64,000 nucleotides of DNA from contig JAKMXF010000343.1 of NCBI GenBank assembly GCA_024704765.1, positions 186,001-250,000 of the forward strand, in the 5' to 3' direction. Position 1 is the stretch's first letter. Each line of letters begins with the position of its first letter. The translations under genes and the position numbers were made by a program. Of this stretch, positions 38,081 through 52,133 are shown piece after piece. Source of the DNA: Oopsacas minuta. Lineage: Eukaryota > Animalia > Porifera. The notes below the pieces were generated by a model. That model was not told the DNA's origin. It did not search any database and worked only from the letters and a program-made list of their open reading frames with translations.

Positions 38081-39349
38081 TTGTCTTTGGTATTCATGGC
38101 TAGTTTTATTTCTCCAGCAGAAAACCGCAATCCATTTGATGCAATAAAAAGTTCGATAATTTCTGATTTTGACTCTCTAATACAGCATTTACGATTGAGA
38201 CAGACCGAATTATTGAGTCGCTTGGAAGAACTTAGATTGGAATGGGAAAATCGAAATGAAAAACATATAAAACCAATTGAAAAGCTAAACACAATGAAGA
38301 ATGGTATTGAAGCTCTTTGTATTAAAGATAATGATATGGCACTCATACATGAAGCTACTCTCAAACCGATTTTAGAAAATTTAGCTCTGCTGGAAGAAAA
38401 AGTCCAATTTCCCAGAATTGTCTACAAAAACCACGAAATAAAGTCACTGTCTGATAACTTTAATAAACTGGGAGAGATATGTGATGCATCTGACGTACCA
38501 ACAATAAAGAGTGAATCTGAAAAAAATACCATTCTAAGAATTTATAGAAACCGCACCGAACCTATTACTACCATTGACGAACAAGGTCTTGTTTATGGAC
38601 AACTAATTGACATAAATGCAATGTGCTATAATCAAAGTAATAAATATTTACTCCTCACTTCAAGACTAAGAAATACAGTATCCTGCTTCACAATTGAGGG
38701 AGATTTTGTCAATGCATTTGGCCAACAAAACCTTACAGAACCGTATGGATTATTTTCAAATTTAGATTATTGCTTTGTTATCGACAAGTCGTTGAGAGTT
38801 ATTAAATTTAACATTTATAAGCGTAAGTTGGTGAACTCTAGACAATTTAATACTAAAATTAAAGCCCCTGTAACGACTCTTAATGCAATTGATGGTGATA
38901 TTGTTAATAATATTATTTACTTGTTGGATTCACGTAATAATAATATATTATTATTGTCATTTGACCTGGAATTTATCAAAACAATTGACTTGAAATGGTC
39001 TTTAGATTCTGATATCCAAATGGGAATATTCAATAATTGCATTTTCATACTCAATATAAGTAATTCAATTAATTGCATTCATGCGATTAGTCTTGAAGGC
39101 GAACAATTGTATTCTGTTGTCCCTAGAAGTTATTTTTCGGATGTTGGAGTGCCACAGGATTTCTGTATTGATTCTTACGGGAATTTTATTATATCTGAGA
39201 CATCTGATTGTTCTCTAAGAGTTTTCTCAAATGGTGGATATTTTGTTTGTTCAATTGGTAGTAAAGTTGGTCCTCCCTCGAAATCTGTTTGTTTTGCGGA
39301 TGGTAAAATAGTGTGTAGTTACGCAGATGGCAGTATTAAAATGTATTGA
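38081..39349 (+). CDS. Intronless coiled-coil + NHL protein
   Basis: 422 aa (start may be the second Met, MASF, at 38096); LTEPYGL, VPQDFCIDSYGNFIISE blades. Confidence 0.8.
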   Translation: MSLVFMASFISPAENRNPFDAIKSSIISDFDSLIQHLRLRQTELLSRLEELRLEWENRNEKHIKPIEKLNTMKNGIEALCIKDNDMALIHEATLKPILENLALLEEKVQFPRIVYKNHEIKSLSDNFNKLGEICDASDVPTIKSESEKNTILRIYRNRTEPITTIDEQGLVYGQLIDINAMCYNQSNKYLLLTSRLRNTVSCFTIEGDFVNAFGQQNLTEPYGLFSNLDYCFVIDKSLRVIKFNIYKRKLVNSRQFNTKIKAPVTTLNAIDGDIVNNIIYLLDSRNNNILLLSFDLEFIKTIDLKWSLDSDIQMGIFNNCIFILNISNSINCIHAISLEGEQLYSVVPRSYFSDVGVPQDFCIDSYGNFIISETSDCSLRVFSNGGYFVCSIGSKVGPPSKSVCFADGKIVCSYADGSIKMY

Positions 39350-39947
39350 ATTATTTTTAAGTATTTATCCGAAAAAATTATTTCATATTTGTTTATTTTA
39401 TTATTTATGTATTGTTTTCTTTATGGAATGTTAAATTATTATTCTATATTTTATTTCTATTATTTGAACACGAAATACGCACTTTTCATGGTAAACAACT
39501 ATTCAAGATTTGCCCATTTTTCGGTTGCTTAATAATTTCTAAAATCATTGTATGTTAATTCTATTACTGACGGGCTCACAGCTGATCCGCTTGCATTATT
39601 ATGCTAGCGATAGCTGGACCAGTTTCATGAGCTCTGGGTTCGGCGCCTATAAGTATACCCATATAGTTGCACCAGGTGTATTTAAGTACAGTAGAACTCA
39701 AGTGTTGTCAGATTATGAACAAAGTAATAGATTTGGGCTTTGGCATGAATTTTTAACTTTGGCAAGATACCAAGAACTATGTGAGGCTGTGAGCACATGA
39801 TCTTGCAACCCCAAAACTCAGATAATAAGTACATACAATTTATGCTACCCGGGGTAGGTCTTATCCAAGTTATAACAGTGGATTAATACTATAACACCTA
39901 CTGTTTTCATATATCTATAGAACAGGTTAGTATAAACCCTCTGTATT

Positions 39948-40895
39948 ATGATGGGTATTAACCATTCTAAATGTGCCTACTGGGCTACGATAGACGGAAG
40001 AGAATCTGATCTTAAATTTCACATATCAAATGGAGCAGAGCTATCACGGGTAGACGCAACTACAGGGCGATCCTTGATTCACATAGCGTGCGAGAGAGGT
40101 GACGTACGCTGTGTTGAGTTAATTAACCAATGCACACGCGGACGTCATCTTAACCAAATGGATCGAGATGAGAATACTCCATTGAACCTGGCTGTATACT
40201 GGAATCACTTCAATACAGTTTGCACTCTTTTAAAACTAGGTGCTGACCCCAATTTCGTTCAAAAACGTTCCCTCCGTTTCCATAGAATGCCACAACACAT
40301 AGCGGCCACAAAACGCTGTATGCTTATCCTCCAGGAACTAATACATCACGGTTGTCACATCGACGTACAAGATAGTTGGGGCTGTACACCATTAATGGTA
40401 GCTATCAACTCGAAATCAATAGAATGTGTTAAATTACTATTAGTCCATCAAGCAAACGTAGAATTGCGTGATTATCTGTATAACGCTACACCACTACAGA
40501 TAGCTATACATAGTAAATATTATGATGTCATACCGTTGCTTCTTTATAACGGGGCTGAGATTAACGTTAGTGGAGCGAAATTCTCTACTCCTCTCGTACA
40601 AGCGGCGGAAATTCGGGCCGTACATCTTATTCAGACACTACTCGAGTTTGGTGGCAAACCAAATGTTCTAGTGCCATTCGCGAATAAATTACATCTTGCA
40701 GATCTCATTGAAGAGTATTCACAACCCCGAAAATTGTCAAGTTTGTGTCGAATCGTCTTAAGACGGAAATATAAATCGCAATTGCCTCAAATTGTAAAGA
40801 ATATATTTTCTCCAAAAATATGTGAATATATTTTGGGAATAAATATGGAGTTTTCTGGTGAATCTTTGGAAGAGATGGAGGACAGTAATCAGTAA
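39948..40895 (+). CDS. Ankyrin repeat and SOCS box (ASB-like) protein, intronless
   Basis: About six ankyrin repeats (NTPLNLAV, GCTPLMVAI, ATPLQIAI, STPLVQAA) and C-terminal SOCS box PRKLSSLCRIVLR..LPQIVK. Confidence 0.85.
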   Translation: MMGINHSKCAYWATIDGRESDLKFHISNGAELSRVDATTGRSLIHIACERGDVRCVELINQCTRGRHLNQMDRDENTPLNLAVYWNHFNTVCTLLKLGADPNFVQKRSLRFHRMPQHIAATKRCMLILQELIHHGCHIDVQDSWGCTPLMVAINSKSIECVKLLLVHQANVELRDYLYNATPLQIAIHSKYYDVIPLLLYNGAEINVSGAKFSTPLVQAAEIRAVHLIQTLLEFGGKPNVLVPFANKLHLADLIEEYSQPRKLSSLCRIVLRRKYKSQLPQIVKNIFSPKICEYILGINMEFSGESLEEMEDSNQ

Positions 40896-41316
40896 TTAAT
40901 CATATGAAGATTTAACTAACTATTATATTATTGATCAGTATGAGATAATTTGTGTTTGCTTGTCTGTTTGTTCGTGTTTTTGTTCGTGTTTATGTATAAT
41001 ACATTGATGCACACATTTCTTGTCGTTGTGATTCTATAATTCACTTGATCTCAATAGGATGCATTTAATCTTACCAACCTCAGTGGTCCCAAACCTGAGG
41101 TTCATGGACTCCACGGACTACAGCAGGGGTCCATAGTATTTCAAATTTTGTATTGCAGTCTATGGGAGGGTTCTACAGAATGTTTTAAAATTTGTATAGG
41201 GGTCTACGAGTCAAAAGGTTGAATCGCACTAGATTTATCCAATCGATCTCTCTAACAAAAATTTCTATATATTTACACGTTTTGGATATTTCAAAATTCA
41301 AATAATTTGCCTGCTG

Positions 41317-44300
41317 ATGTTTTTCCATCCTATTAGCATGTCGAGTGGTAGCAGCATGGGAACACGTTCTCGTCGCACCCGTACTCCTCAGGTACTAGAA
41401 CTAGAGCCCCATATGAGTCTACAACGTCCCTCTTCTGCTTGGTCACAGGATATAGCTCATATCCTGGACAGATGCTTCGGGGCTACTTTCTCTGAACAGT
41501 CAATTGAGGTTGAAACTATTCGTAACTTTACTCCTGGTTCTGATGCTGGTACATATCAAAGGAGGTTGTTAATATTTATATATCTGATTTATATTTGTTT
41601 GTTGGGATAGGGTTTATAATCGCCGACATATAAGTAAACTGATTTCTAAAATTTTGTACATACTTGAATCATACTTTGTATATCTTCACATAGGTACGCA
41701 GATCGTCTCAAGACGGCACTCCATCAGTTCGATACACTGAACAATTTACTAGATTCAGCTGACAAGAGAAATTCAGATCTCCACAGTGCATTTATAAGCC
41801 TATTCGCTTCTGAACAGTTTGAATCTCCGGCCTCTACACTTAGTATACCGCCTAGAAGTGCTCCGGATAAATCTTTATTGGATCTGTCTCTGTTTGAGCA
41901 GACTTCTCTTATTTCTCCAGATTCTTATTATCCGTTTGTGTTCACTAGGTAAGTGGGGGTTCTCACTTATAGATATTGTTTTCACAGATTTTTCATGTTT
42001 TCGGAAAGTGTTTCAACAAATCACTCCTATTTATACTTTTTCTATCCAGGTATCATCCTCCTACACGAGACCCTAGTGTAAGACCGAGCTACGAGAATGC
42101 AACACAAAATTGGGAAGAAAAGGGAACAGCTTTACCTCTCATAAAAGACACAAATATAATTCGACAACAACCGCATTCCAACACCTCTCGCACACTCAAA
42201 TCGCAAGTTAAAAACAGACCTAAAAGAAGACACGAAGTACTAACGCGAAATTTAACACCTCAACCCGCTAAACCATCTGAAAACTTTATTTCAAGTGTAA
42301 ACAGCGATAATTATTTCATCTCAGAACCGAGTGAGCTGATATTTGATTCTTATGAACCACATAAAACATACATAGGGCAAATTCTACTCAGAAATGTTAG
42401 TCGCTATATTAGAGAATTTCGCATTTTTACACCAAAAACTGAATTCTTCGCACTGGCTGAGGAAACAACGAATTTTAATATTGCACCAGGTATGACGTCA
42501 CAAATTTCTGTTGCATTCACACCTGATTCTTTTGGGAATTATTTTGATCAAATTAAAGTTGTTTCTGAAGATAATAAATCGTTTTTTATCCAGCTAACAG
42601 GAGCTCGCCCCTCCCCTGTTTTGTCGCTACCTTATACGCTTGATTGTGGTAATTCCATCGTGGATGTTGAGAGGAAGATTTGTTATACTTGTACTAATTC
42701 AGGGGGCGCTGGATATTTCGCATTTTCGCTGGAAAATATTTGGTTTGATCCTTCTTTACCGAATGAAAATATGGAAAAATTTGTGGTTTTAAACAAGTTT
42801 GTTATTTCACCAGTTTTATTTGAGCTAAAAACAGGAGAATCATTGGATATTAATATACACTTCTCTCCAGACTCTGAAAATGAATTTTTGGAAGAAATAT
42901 TCCTTCATTGTTCGAATAAAACTACAATTTCGTTTGAACTATACGGACTAGCACATTATCCAAAAGTTGAAATATTTTCATTGAATCAAACACAGACTAA
43001 TCTTGATATAGACCCAGCAACCATAAGTGAAAATGGAATCCAGATTACGTCACAGATATTTAAATGTTTACCTGTAACACTAGGGCATAAATCCCACCTA
43101 GAAATTACAGTTAAGAATTTAAGGCCAATTCTACTGAACGTAAAATGGGCTATAATTGCCCCAGAAGATCAAAACGAAAAGGAAGATTCTATATTTAAAA
43201 TCACACCAGAAAACACTACTATCGACCCATCTGAAAATCATGATTTTTGTGTTACATTTACACCTCAAGTTGTTTGTACATATTATGGTTGTTTACAACT
43301 TCTGTTGTTGACAGAATCGTCACCTATCATTGCTACTCTATATCTTGAAGCTGAGTGTCAGGATGTTTGTATTGTACCGCTACCCCCTCTTATAGAGTCC
43401 CCCGGTACACATTTGATTGGTTCAGCCATTTCACATAGTATTCAATTATGGAACCATGGATGTTCGCCTGTTGCTATTGAATGGGTCACTCAACCTTATG
43501 AAAATGATATTGAAATCACTCCAAGTACATGTGAGCTTGCTCCCGACCAGTATTTATACTTTTCTGTCCATATTTCAAGATCGATTCCTGGCGTTTCTGA
43601 GCATATTTTAATCTGTAAAATTGAAGAAAACGATACACTTATAATTCCGTTAAAATGCCAATTCAGAGCTGCGGAAATTTCAATCGATCAAATTGATTTA
43701 AATCTTGGATTAGTCCCGCATGACGTCACGATAAACCATACTTTCTCTATTACAAATAAAGACAATACTAAAGCATGTGTTGACTTAAACACGCGGGATT
43801 TAACATTACACTCTAATACACTCATAAAAGTCAATCCAACCCAGATAGAAATCGGCGCTTTTTCGAGTTCTCAGATAGAATTAGAGATATCAACCGTGGG
43901 TACAGGGGAAATTGATTGTATTATAGAATGTATTGAACGTATTGGAGGCTCTATTGCCCTTCTACCCGTCACTGGATTAATACAACGACCTATTGTTGTA
44001 GTTGAAAATTCTCCTATCATTTCTCTTGGAGACATATTTGTGAATGTTCCTAACGTTACTATGGTTACACTGAGGAATTTGAGTAAACTACCTGCTGCAT
44101 TTGGATGGAACACTTCTGTACAGAATTGTGAATTTTGTGATGAATTTCGAGTCAATTTTTCATCGAAAAATGGTAGAATTGAAGGATTGGGATCTTGTGA
44201 AGTTGAAATTGAGATAACTTGTTTGAAAATATTGGGAATTATAGAAGATATTTTGATTGTTTGTAATGTGGAAAATGCAGGTTAGTTTGATACAGTGTAA

Positions 44301-47300
44301 CCTTCACAAAAGGGGCCTGTGGAAACGAGGAAATTGGCAGAAACGGAGGAGCATTTTTCGGCGTGCCTGACACCCCGATTCTGGAGGTTACACTGTATAG
44401 ATGCGTGGAAAGTTCACCTTGAATTGTTTCACTTCCCTTTGATCAGCTGTTGTGAAAATACTAGTTTATCTAACTTCATATAAACGTGTAAATCCAACAG
44501 TTAAATACTCCCTTTTAGATTCAACGCCATATATGGTATCTATTCAATATATGGATAATATTTGGGGGAAATTCCTAACTACTTGTTAGGAATTTCCAAA
44601 AAAAGACATACAGTGAACTTCCGTTATACCGAACACGGATATTTCGAAATACCCGTTTATATAGAAGTCTGGAATTGTACAAATATAGTCCAAAACCGTC
44701 AAAGTAACATATATTCCATCGGGTATATCGAAGTAATTATCATGGTCGCTTGAGCTTCGATAATAACAGGAGTTGACTATACATACAGTGCATATGATTA
44801 TCTGTCTTATATAACTAGATAATCCTGTATACATGTGTAGGAATTAATAATTATAAATATTCTGCTTTCTAGATGAGCCCGTTATCTTGAGTATATCATG
44901 TGAAGTAAAAGGGATGTCAGTTACATTCTCACACAACCAACAACCTCTATCTCCACAGCCAAATGGATTACCCCTTGATTTTGGCACTGTTACTATTAAT
45001 AGCAAGAATATTCTGGAATTTATTGTGACCAATAATACCGATATTTCTGCTCCAATAAAATTATGGGTGGATAAGTTTCCAGCTGATGAATCAGCTGGTC
45101 AAATTGCTAGAGGATATAAAAGGCCTGGTCAGGAATTTGATGTTTATTTGGGAGAAGATACACTCAAGAAGAGGTTAGAGTTTGATGAAAAGAGGTAAGA
45201 TTTTGTATATATTAAGACCAAATATCCTCTAACTGTAATGTCCATACTACCGCTAAGGATCTCAAAATGTGGTAAATTAGTAAAGGGGTCGACGGGTGAA
45301 AAAGGTCCCCTGACTCCCATAATTAATAATCAATTTCAAATACTGATAAAGTTCGCAAGAGTAACAACTAAAATATAATTCTAGAAAAAGAAACAATTTC
45401 TAAAGAGGATCAATTCAGTGTACTAAATACACAATCTAATATCTGTGTAGGGGTTGGGGATCTAGAGGGATGGACGGACTGGATCGATTAATATTTTCAA
45501 AATCAGCGTATTATCTTTATTGTATTTCTCATCCAAGAGAATGTCAAAAGGAATATTTGTAATCTCCGATCTATAGCCATTATTTGTTATTTGAAATTTG
45601 TCTATCGTGAAAGTCCATGAATCTTCTGCATTTATTTGGTTTATCAGAATGAGTGTACATTTCCCTGTGAGAGGCCATTGTACGTATTGAACACACTCTC
45701 CGATGTTATAGGATTGTAACACTAAGTCCGCATTTGGTATCTTTTGGATTGTCAACTGTGGGTAAAGATAATAGAAAGAATGAACTACAAACCTTGGACC
45801 CTGTACATTTGTACCATTCCAATTAGAGTAATTCGCATCTCCCCCGTAATTTGCGGTATAGGGATTTACCTTACCTGCTATTGCTATTTCTGGTTGACCT
45901 CTTAAATTGTATATTTTGTTGACGATGGCGTGTCGATCTTTAATTGTCCAGATAATTCCATTTACCTTTAGATAATCCTTAATTTGAATGAACTCGTTTA
46001 ATGCAGATTCTAGTTTTTCTATTTTTATTGTCTGTTGACGTTTCTCCTCCTCCAATCTCTCCACTTTATCTGCCATAAACACGCTTACAACTTCTGTATG
46101 ATATTCCTTCGCTTCCTTTCTATGATTCTCTAGCTCTCCTCTCTTCAATTCTTTCTTACACCCGTATTTAATATACGGACACTGCAATATAAACTGGTCA
46201 CACTCTTCAAGGTGCTGTACTAAGCCCCCCAATGTACCCTCCCATTCACAACCTCGCTCTGACAATGCGCATTTACAACTTATCTTGGCTATCATTGATC
46301 GAATTGACCCTACAAGTTGATGGTTTGTTTCCTTACCCACACAACTTTCACATACTTGAGCTAGTCCCCCCTTTATGCTACAAGTATTATGCATTATACC
46401 CTCGCACACAGAACACACTACAAGGCTCTCTTCTAGCGACGATAAATTCTGTATCACCAGCTCCATTTTATAACCTCCCCGTTTGAAACATGTCCCTGCT
46501 GTAGTAATGTATATAAGATCCTCTATCTTGTCTAACTGTGATCTCTTCTCAGCCATTTGTCTTAGTTTGCTAGATTATATTAGAAATAACTATTATATCG
46601 TGTTGACTATTGAGTGCATATACAACTTGTGTAATAAGGTATACAGTAGAACTCAGATGGGACATACTTCTTCGGGAAAAGAACATTTACGTATTATCCG
46701 AGTGTACGTCTTATCGGAATGGTAGAAAATTTTTGATTGAAAGAAGTACAGTGAAACCTCCACAAACGGGGAACTTCTGGAAAGTAGCGAACTCATATTC
46801 CCAGACAAATGAACTTCCGCAAAATGGGAAACAGGGTAGCAATTTTCGGAGTCCCTGGCACTAAATTTTAGCTGAGTGTACGTCCATCCCGAGTTCTCGT
46901 GTAGTATGATGGACATTTCTGCAACTCATCATATAAATCATAAAATGTACTTTGTTACACATATTTGTGGAATGGTAAATAACTTTAGGCAACACGTATC
47001 ATGACATCATGTTGTTACAACACTGTTGCACAAGATCAAGATCAAGTTATATTTCTATGCAAAGTGTTGCAGAGTGCTCGACAAAATAAAATTTGATGGT
47101 GGTTATTACCCACCATTTGGAATTTTTAAACTAAGGTCATGCATGAAGGTAATTATTTTGGTGGTTTAATTAAGCCATCAGATTATAGGCTCAGGATTTG
47201 GGTGGCTAATATATAATTTTGTAATAATCAGAAGCTTCGAGTATCTCGGAGGTTAACCAAATCAGGAGGCCACCAGCCCTGGCATTTCACGAACAATCGC

Positions 47301-50300
47301 CCTAGTCCGAATTTATGTTACAACGTATATAATCAGATAAATAGTGTATTCATTAGTTAACTATTTGATACTCTAATCAGCGATTAAAAGGTTATAACAC
47401 TTATAACAGGCTTCTTGTTCGAAATATGTAGTCGTGTAATGCTGAATAGGCTATCATTCACATTTAAATGCACTATACGAATATGTATATGCTTAGCATG
47501 CAATTGTATATCGTTGTTTCAATAGTTTGCAACAAGTCTCCCTGTACAGAACTAAATTTGTTCTTTGAGATTACTGAGCGAATAATGCTGTACACTAATA
47601 TAATTTCCTTATAGTATGATTCCTTGCATATTTACATATGTCCTGTAAGATAAATTCTGTTAGAATGTTAAACTCTGCGTGTACCTTCATTCAGGAATAT
47701 TATAATAGTCTATACTCACAATGACTTAACTATTGATGGTTATGTAACATACCCAAACTGATTGATATAATCCTATTTCATTGAGTGATTACAATGTGTA
47801 GGTCGCCATACATCTGGTGTAATATGTACTTGGTTAGGCGATAATTGTTATAAATCAACTTAGTTTTTCCATATCACTTTTCTCTAGTATAAAAAGGGAA
47901 GGTAATAGTGTTATAGTCTCTAAACCTTTGTTTTTATCATGACGAGTGAAAAACAGAATTCAAAGGAAGTATACGAATTCACTCGGTATCAAAGTGTCGA
48001 AAACGGATCAGTTATCAGAAAGGCCCCGAAAAGAGAAGAAACGAATCATACCCCTCACATTAAAAACTTCCTTAAAACACATGGTTTTCGGTATTTGAAT
48101 TTGCTGAGATTAATATTCAGTGTAACCTGTTGTATCCTATATATCCTTCAAACAATGGACCTACCTGATAGGAATTACTTATATCCTCCTCGTTGTTGTG
48201 GTATTGCAGAACACACGACACAGCCGTGTAGAAATGACAGCTATAAACTGGGTACGATCGGTTGGGCTATGAGGAATTCGGGCTGTCTTCATGTAAACAA
48301 TATTTATATAATAAACAAGGATGGGCAATCACATTATGCAATGTCTAGGGCTAATAAAGGAAAATTATCTGAGCCAATAGCATCTCAACAGTGCAGGAGG
48401 TATTGTAATATCGGAGACCCCGGATGTAGCAATGACGTAATCGATACATGTCGTTGCTCTATCGAATGCGGTGATACTCTATACTGTGGTAAAGTGCAGT
48501 GTGAGAGTTGGCACTACATGAAACTGATCTTCTATGAGAAAACTCTATGGTTGTATATACTCCAGGTATTGTTCTCATTACTGACAATGTTCTCTGCAAT
48601 TATACAAGCATTCAGTGCTCATTTTATACGTAGAGTTAGAACATTTAACTTAATCGAGCCCAATTTATTTTTCGACTGCCTAAACGGTATTTTAGCTCTT
48701 GCCAGCCTTGCGTACGCCCCATGTCTTAAAGATTTATACATTCCATTATTCCTGGAGTGTTTCACAGCTAGGATGATCCTAAAGCAGTTATTATACAGCA
48801 TTGACTTGAATAACATTTCCAGTAAATTCCTTACCCCAGTCATACAGAAAACTTTAGCTGCGCTACTTGGGCTAGCCGCAATACTATTCTCATTCACATG
48901 TGTAGTGCATTATTTCGAGAGAGTTGGCTGTCCGGGCGATTCGCATGTTACAACGTTATTCGACAGTATTTGGTTCATTATTGTAACCATAACAACCGTG
49001 GGGTATGGTGACAAAAGCCCTAGTACACCCCTTGGGAAGCTCTCAGTAATTTTCCTAATCCTCATAATCCTATTTTTTCTACCAAAAACGCTTGCAAGCA
49101 TTTTAGAATTGATAAATAATTCGAAACAAGATTATCAATCCTATCATTGTCGTACTCCAAAGAGACACGTTTTGCTATGTGTATGTAAACTCGACCTGAC
49201 GTTGATTGCAGATTTCTTAAACGAATTCTACTCGCAAGAAGAGAATATTTGGTTCAATACAGTTGTGCTTACAGCCGAGCATGTCCCTCCAGCTGTTAAT
49301 ATTCTACTCAAAAGCCCTGCTTGGAGAAATAAAGTCCTTGTTATAATTGGCTCAGCTCTGAAAGAGAGAGACTTAGAACGAGCTAATATACGTTTAGCAA
49401 AAGCTTGTTTCTTACTGCCTGATCGTATTACAGATGACGCACGTATGTCTGACCACGAGACAATGCTTCGTGCCTCCTTCATACAAAACTATGCTCCACA
49501 TATTGATTTGTATGTACACATATTTATGGCGGAAAATAGAATGAATGTGAATTTCGCGAAACAAGTTTTATGTGAAGGAAGATTGAAGCAAGCGTTGATG
49601 GCGAATAACTGCATTTACCCGGGGCTTTCGTCTCTGTTAACTATCTTAATGCATACTACTAGCTCAGCTAAATGTGGTAACTACAAAGATCATTCACAGT
49701 TATATAATTCTTGCTCTGCAATGGAAGTATACGCAATTATACTCAAGGATAGTTTGTTATTCCGAGCCCTAGCCGGTCGAACATTCCTTTGCGCCTCTAT
49801 ATTTATACAGAGAACAACGGAAGTATTAGTAATCGCGGTCAAACCTGCAGACACGGATCAGATCCTCCTGAATCCGGGGAGAAGACATACACTCTCCGGT
49901 GAAGATACTATTTACTACGTAGCAACGGAGAAAGAGGAAAATATTTACAAAAGCAACCATATAAGTAATGAGGATTTGCAACTTAATATGGAATTGATAA
50001 TGCGTCCGAGTAGTGTTAAATGTAGAGATTCTCACTATCCTATTGGGATAATGGAAATATTGGATAAGTCGTGTACTCCTTTATGTCCCTCTTTAAACTC
50101 ACATCCTTTGAATATCGCGACAATTGACAGCACAGCTTCATTATTCACGGCAAGCTCTACTCCGGATATAGAATTGGCACCTCGAGCTTGCAAATTTCGC
50201 ATGAACTCTGAGACTGAGTCACCACTCAAAAACGAAGCGAAAAATGTGAACCAAAAACCAAGCGCATTTACCCGCCAGGTCAGTAAGATTTTAGATAACA

Positions 50301-52086
50301 CGAAACAAACTTCACAAATTAAAGTCCTTAACACAAGCGGTGAAGAAGATATCAACTGTTTCACGGATTTATTGAATAAACAAGAATCAGAACTGACATA
50401 TATTTCATTGAATCCCCGTCCAACTTACTTCTGGGTTAAGGAAACAGTCCGTCATATTTGTAAAGAACCTCCTAGCTTATGCTGTCTCCAAGCCGGTTGG
50501 AAGGTAATCTGTCATGAAGAAACCGTTCCAGTGACTTCTATCCAGCAGCCGGACGAAATGGTGGACCGTGCGCTTTTTCTCACCGGGTATGAACGTCCGT
50601 TAATTGTATGCGCTAGTGAATCCGGCTCACAGCTATACGAATTTCTATTACCCCTCAGAGCTTATCATATCCCTACAGAAGAGTTAATACCAATCGTACT
50701 GTTATTACCTAGCATTCCTGATACCGCATTCCTCGAGGCTATATCCAGTATCCCGTTTATAAAGTTTATCGTAGGCCGGCCGGAGTCTGTGGATGATTTG
50801 TTAATAGCCGGGGCGCTGGACGCAACGGGGGTTATATTATGCCTCGGAGATGGAGTGCCGGAGATTAAGGCGGAGGCACATATGTCAGATGCGAGTCTTA
50901 TCAGTACAGCACAGAATATTTCACAGATTTTTGTTAATACGAAGATATACGTCGAATTGACTGAGATATGGAGTATGCGATATTTGAAATTAGAAAATGG
51001 ACGTATGTCTTACACATCTAGCAAGGAAAAGAATTCCAATTGGACTAAACCTGTCGCTAGAGGAGCGATGGATTTCATACACGCACCGTATTTCGTGTCG
51101 AGCCAGGCGTTCGCCCCATCCCTCCTAGATACACTGCTATACCAGTGTTTACAGAAAGATTATATTCTTGAATTAGTGCATTTGTTCCTAGGATTACGTC
51201 AGACCCCGGGATCCGGATATATCGGGAAAGTTTCCGTCACAGAATCTGATATACAGAATTTCGACACGTACGGGGAATTAATACTAGATTTAGCAGTTAA
51301 TAATGACCAGCTAGCACTAGCTATATACAGAACGATAGAAGTAAAGTGTGAAAATGAAGATACAGAAGTTAATCAATTCTCAGCTCCCAATTTGTTTCTA
51401 CAAAGAAGAGCAATTTGTCTTGGATTAGCCAACGACGTATTTGCCTTGAATAGTGCCAAGAATGTTGAAAATTGTCATATATTAGTTAATCCACCAGCAG
51501 ACACCCCATTGATGTCAAGAGATATTATCCTAGTGATAAATACTTGCTCAACGGAGCAATACAAGATAATACATCGATCTTATTCCGAGATAAGACGAAG
51601 TTCTATGTATCCAATTTCTGAGTGCTCGTCAATAGCTGATAGTTTTTCCCCAGAAATTACCGACCAATCTTTTAAATTTATTAATAATTCACTACATAAT
51701 CGTAATTCGTCTAGACCAAAAAACGGCCCCAAAAATCGCCCCCAGCGACCAAAATAAATCAAAAATTACGGGGCATTGATGGATCTTCTCCAAATTCGAC
51801 GAAAGGACATAAATATGTGAAAAGAACTCCCAAAAATAAACTGTTACAGAAAAGGACAAGTGGGTCTGATGTTATTTTATGAGTGAAATAGAAAATTGAG
51901 TTGGAAACTGTGCCAGATTCTGAGCAGATTGACTCTTGAATTGTATTTTAATAACTTTAGTATAATTGTTATTTATATTTGTACTGCCCCTATTAATTAT
52001 TTGTATCTGAGACTTATTTTATGGCAATTTTTAGTGCAGCTCCTATACGGAGATGTCATAATAGCATGGATGATGTGCGATACGCC

Positions 52087-52133
<47 letters not shown>

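Noticed and set aside
44519-44585. Extra DLEC1 exon after tttag at 44518
   Set aside because: Runs into a stop, and exon 42050-44280 already joins 44873 in phase.
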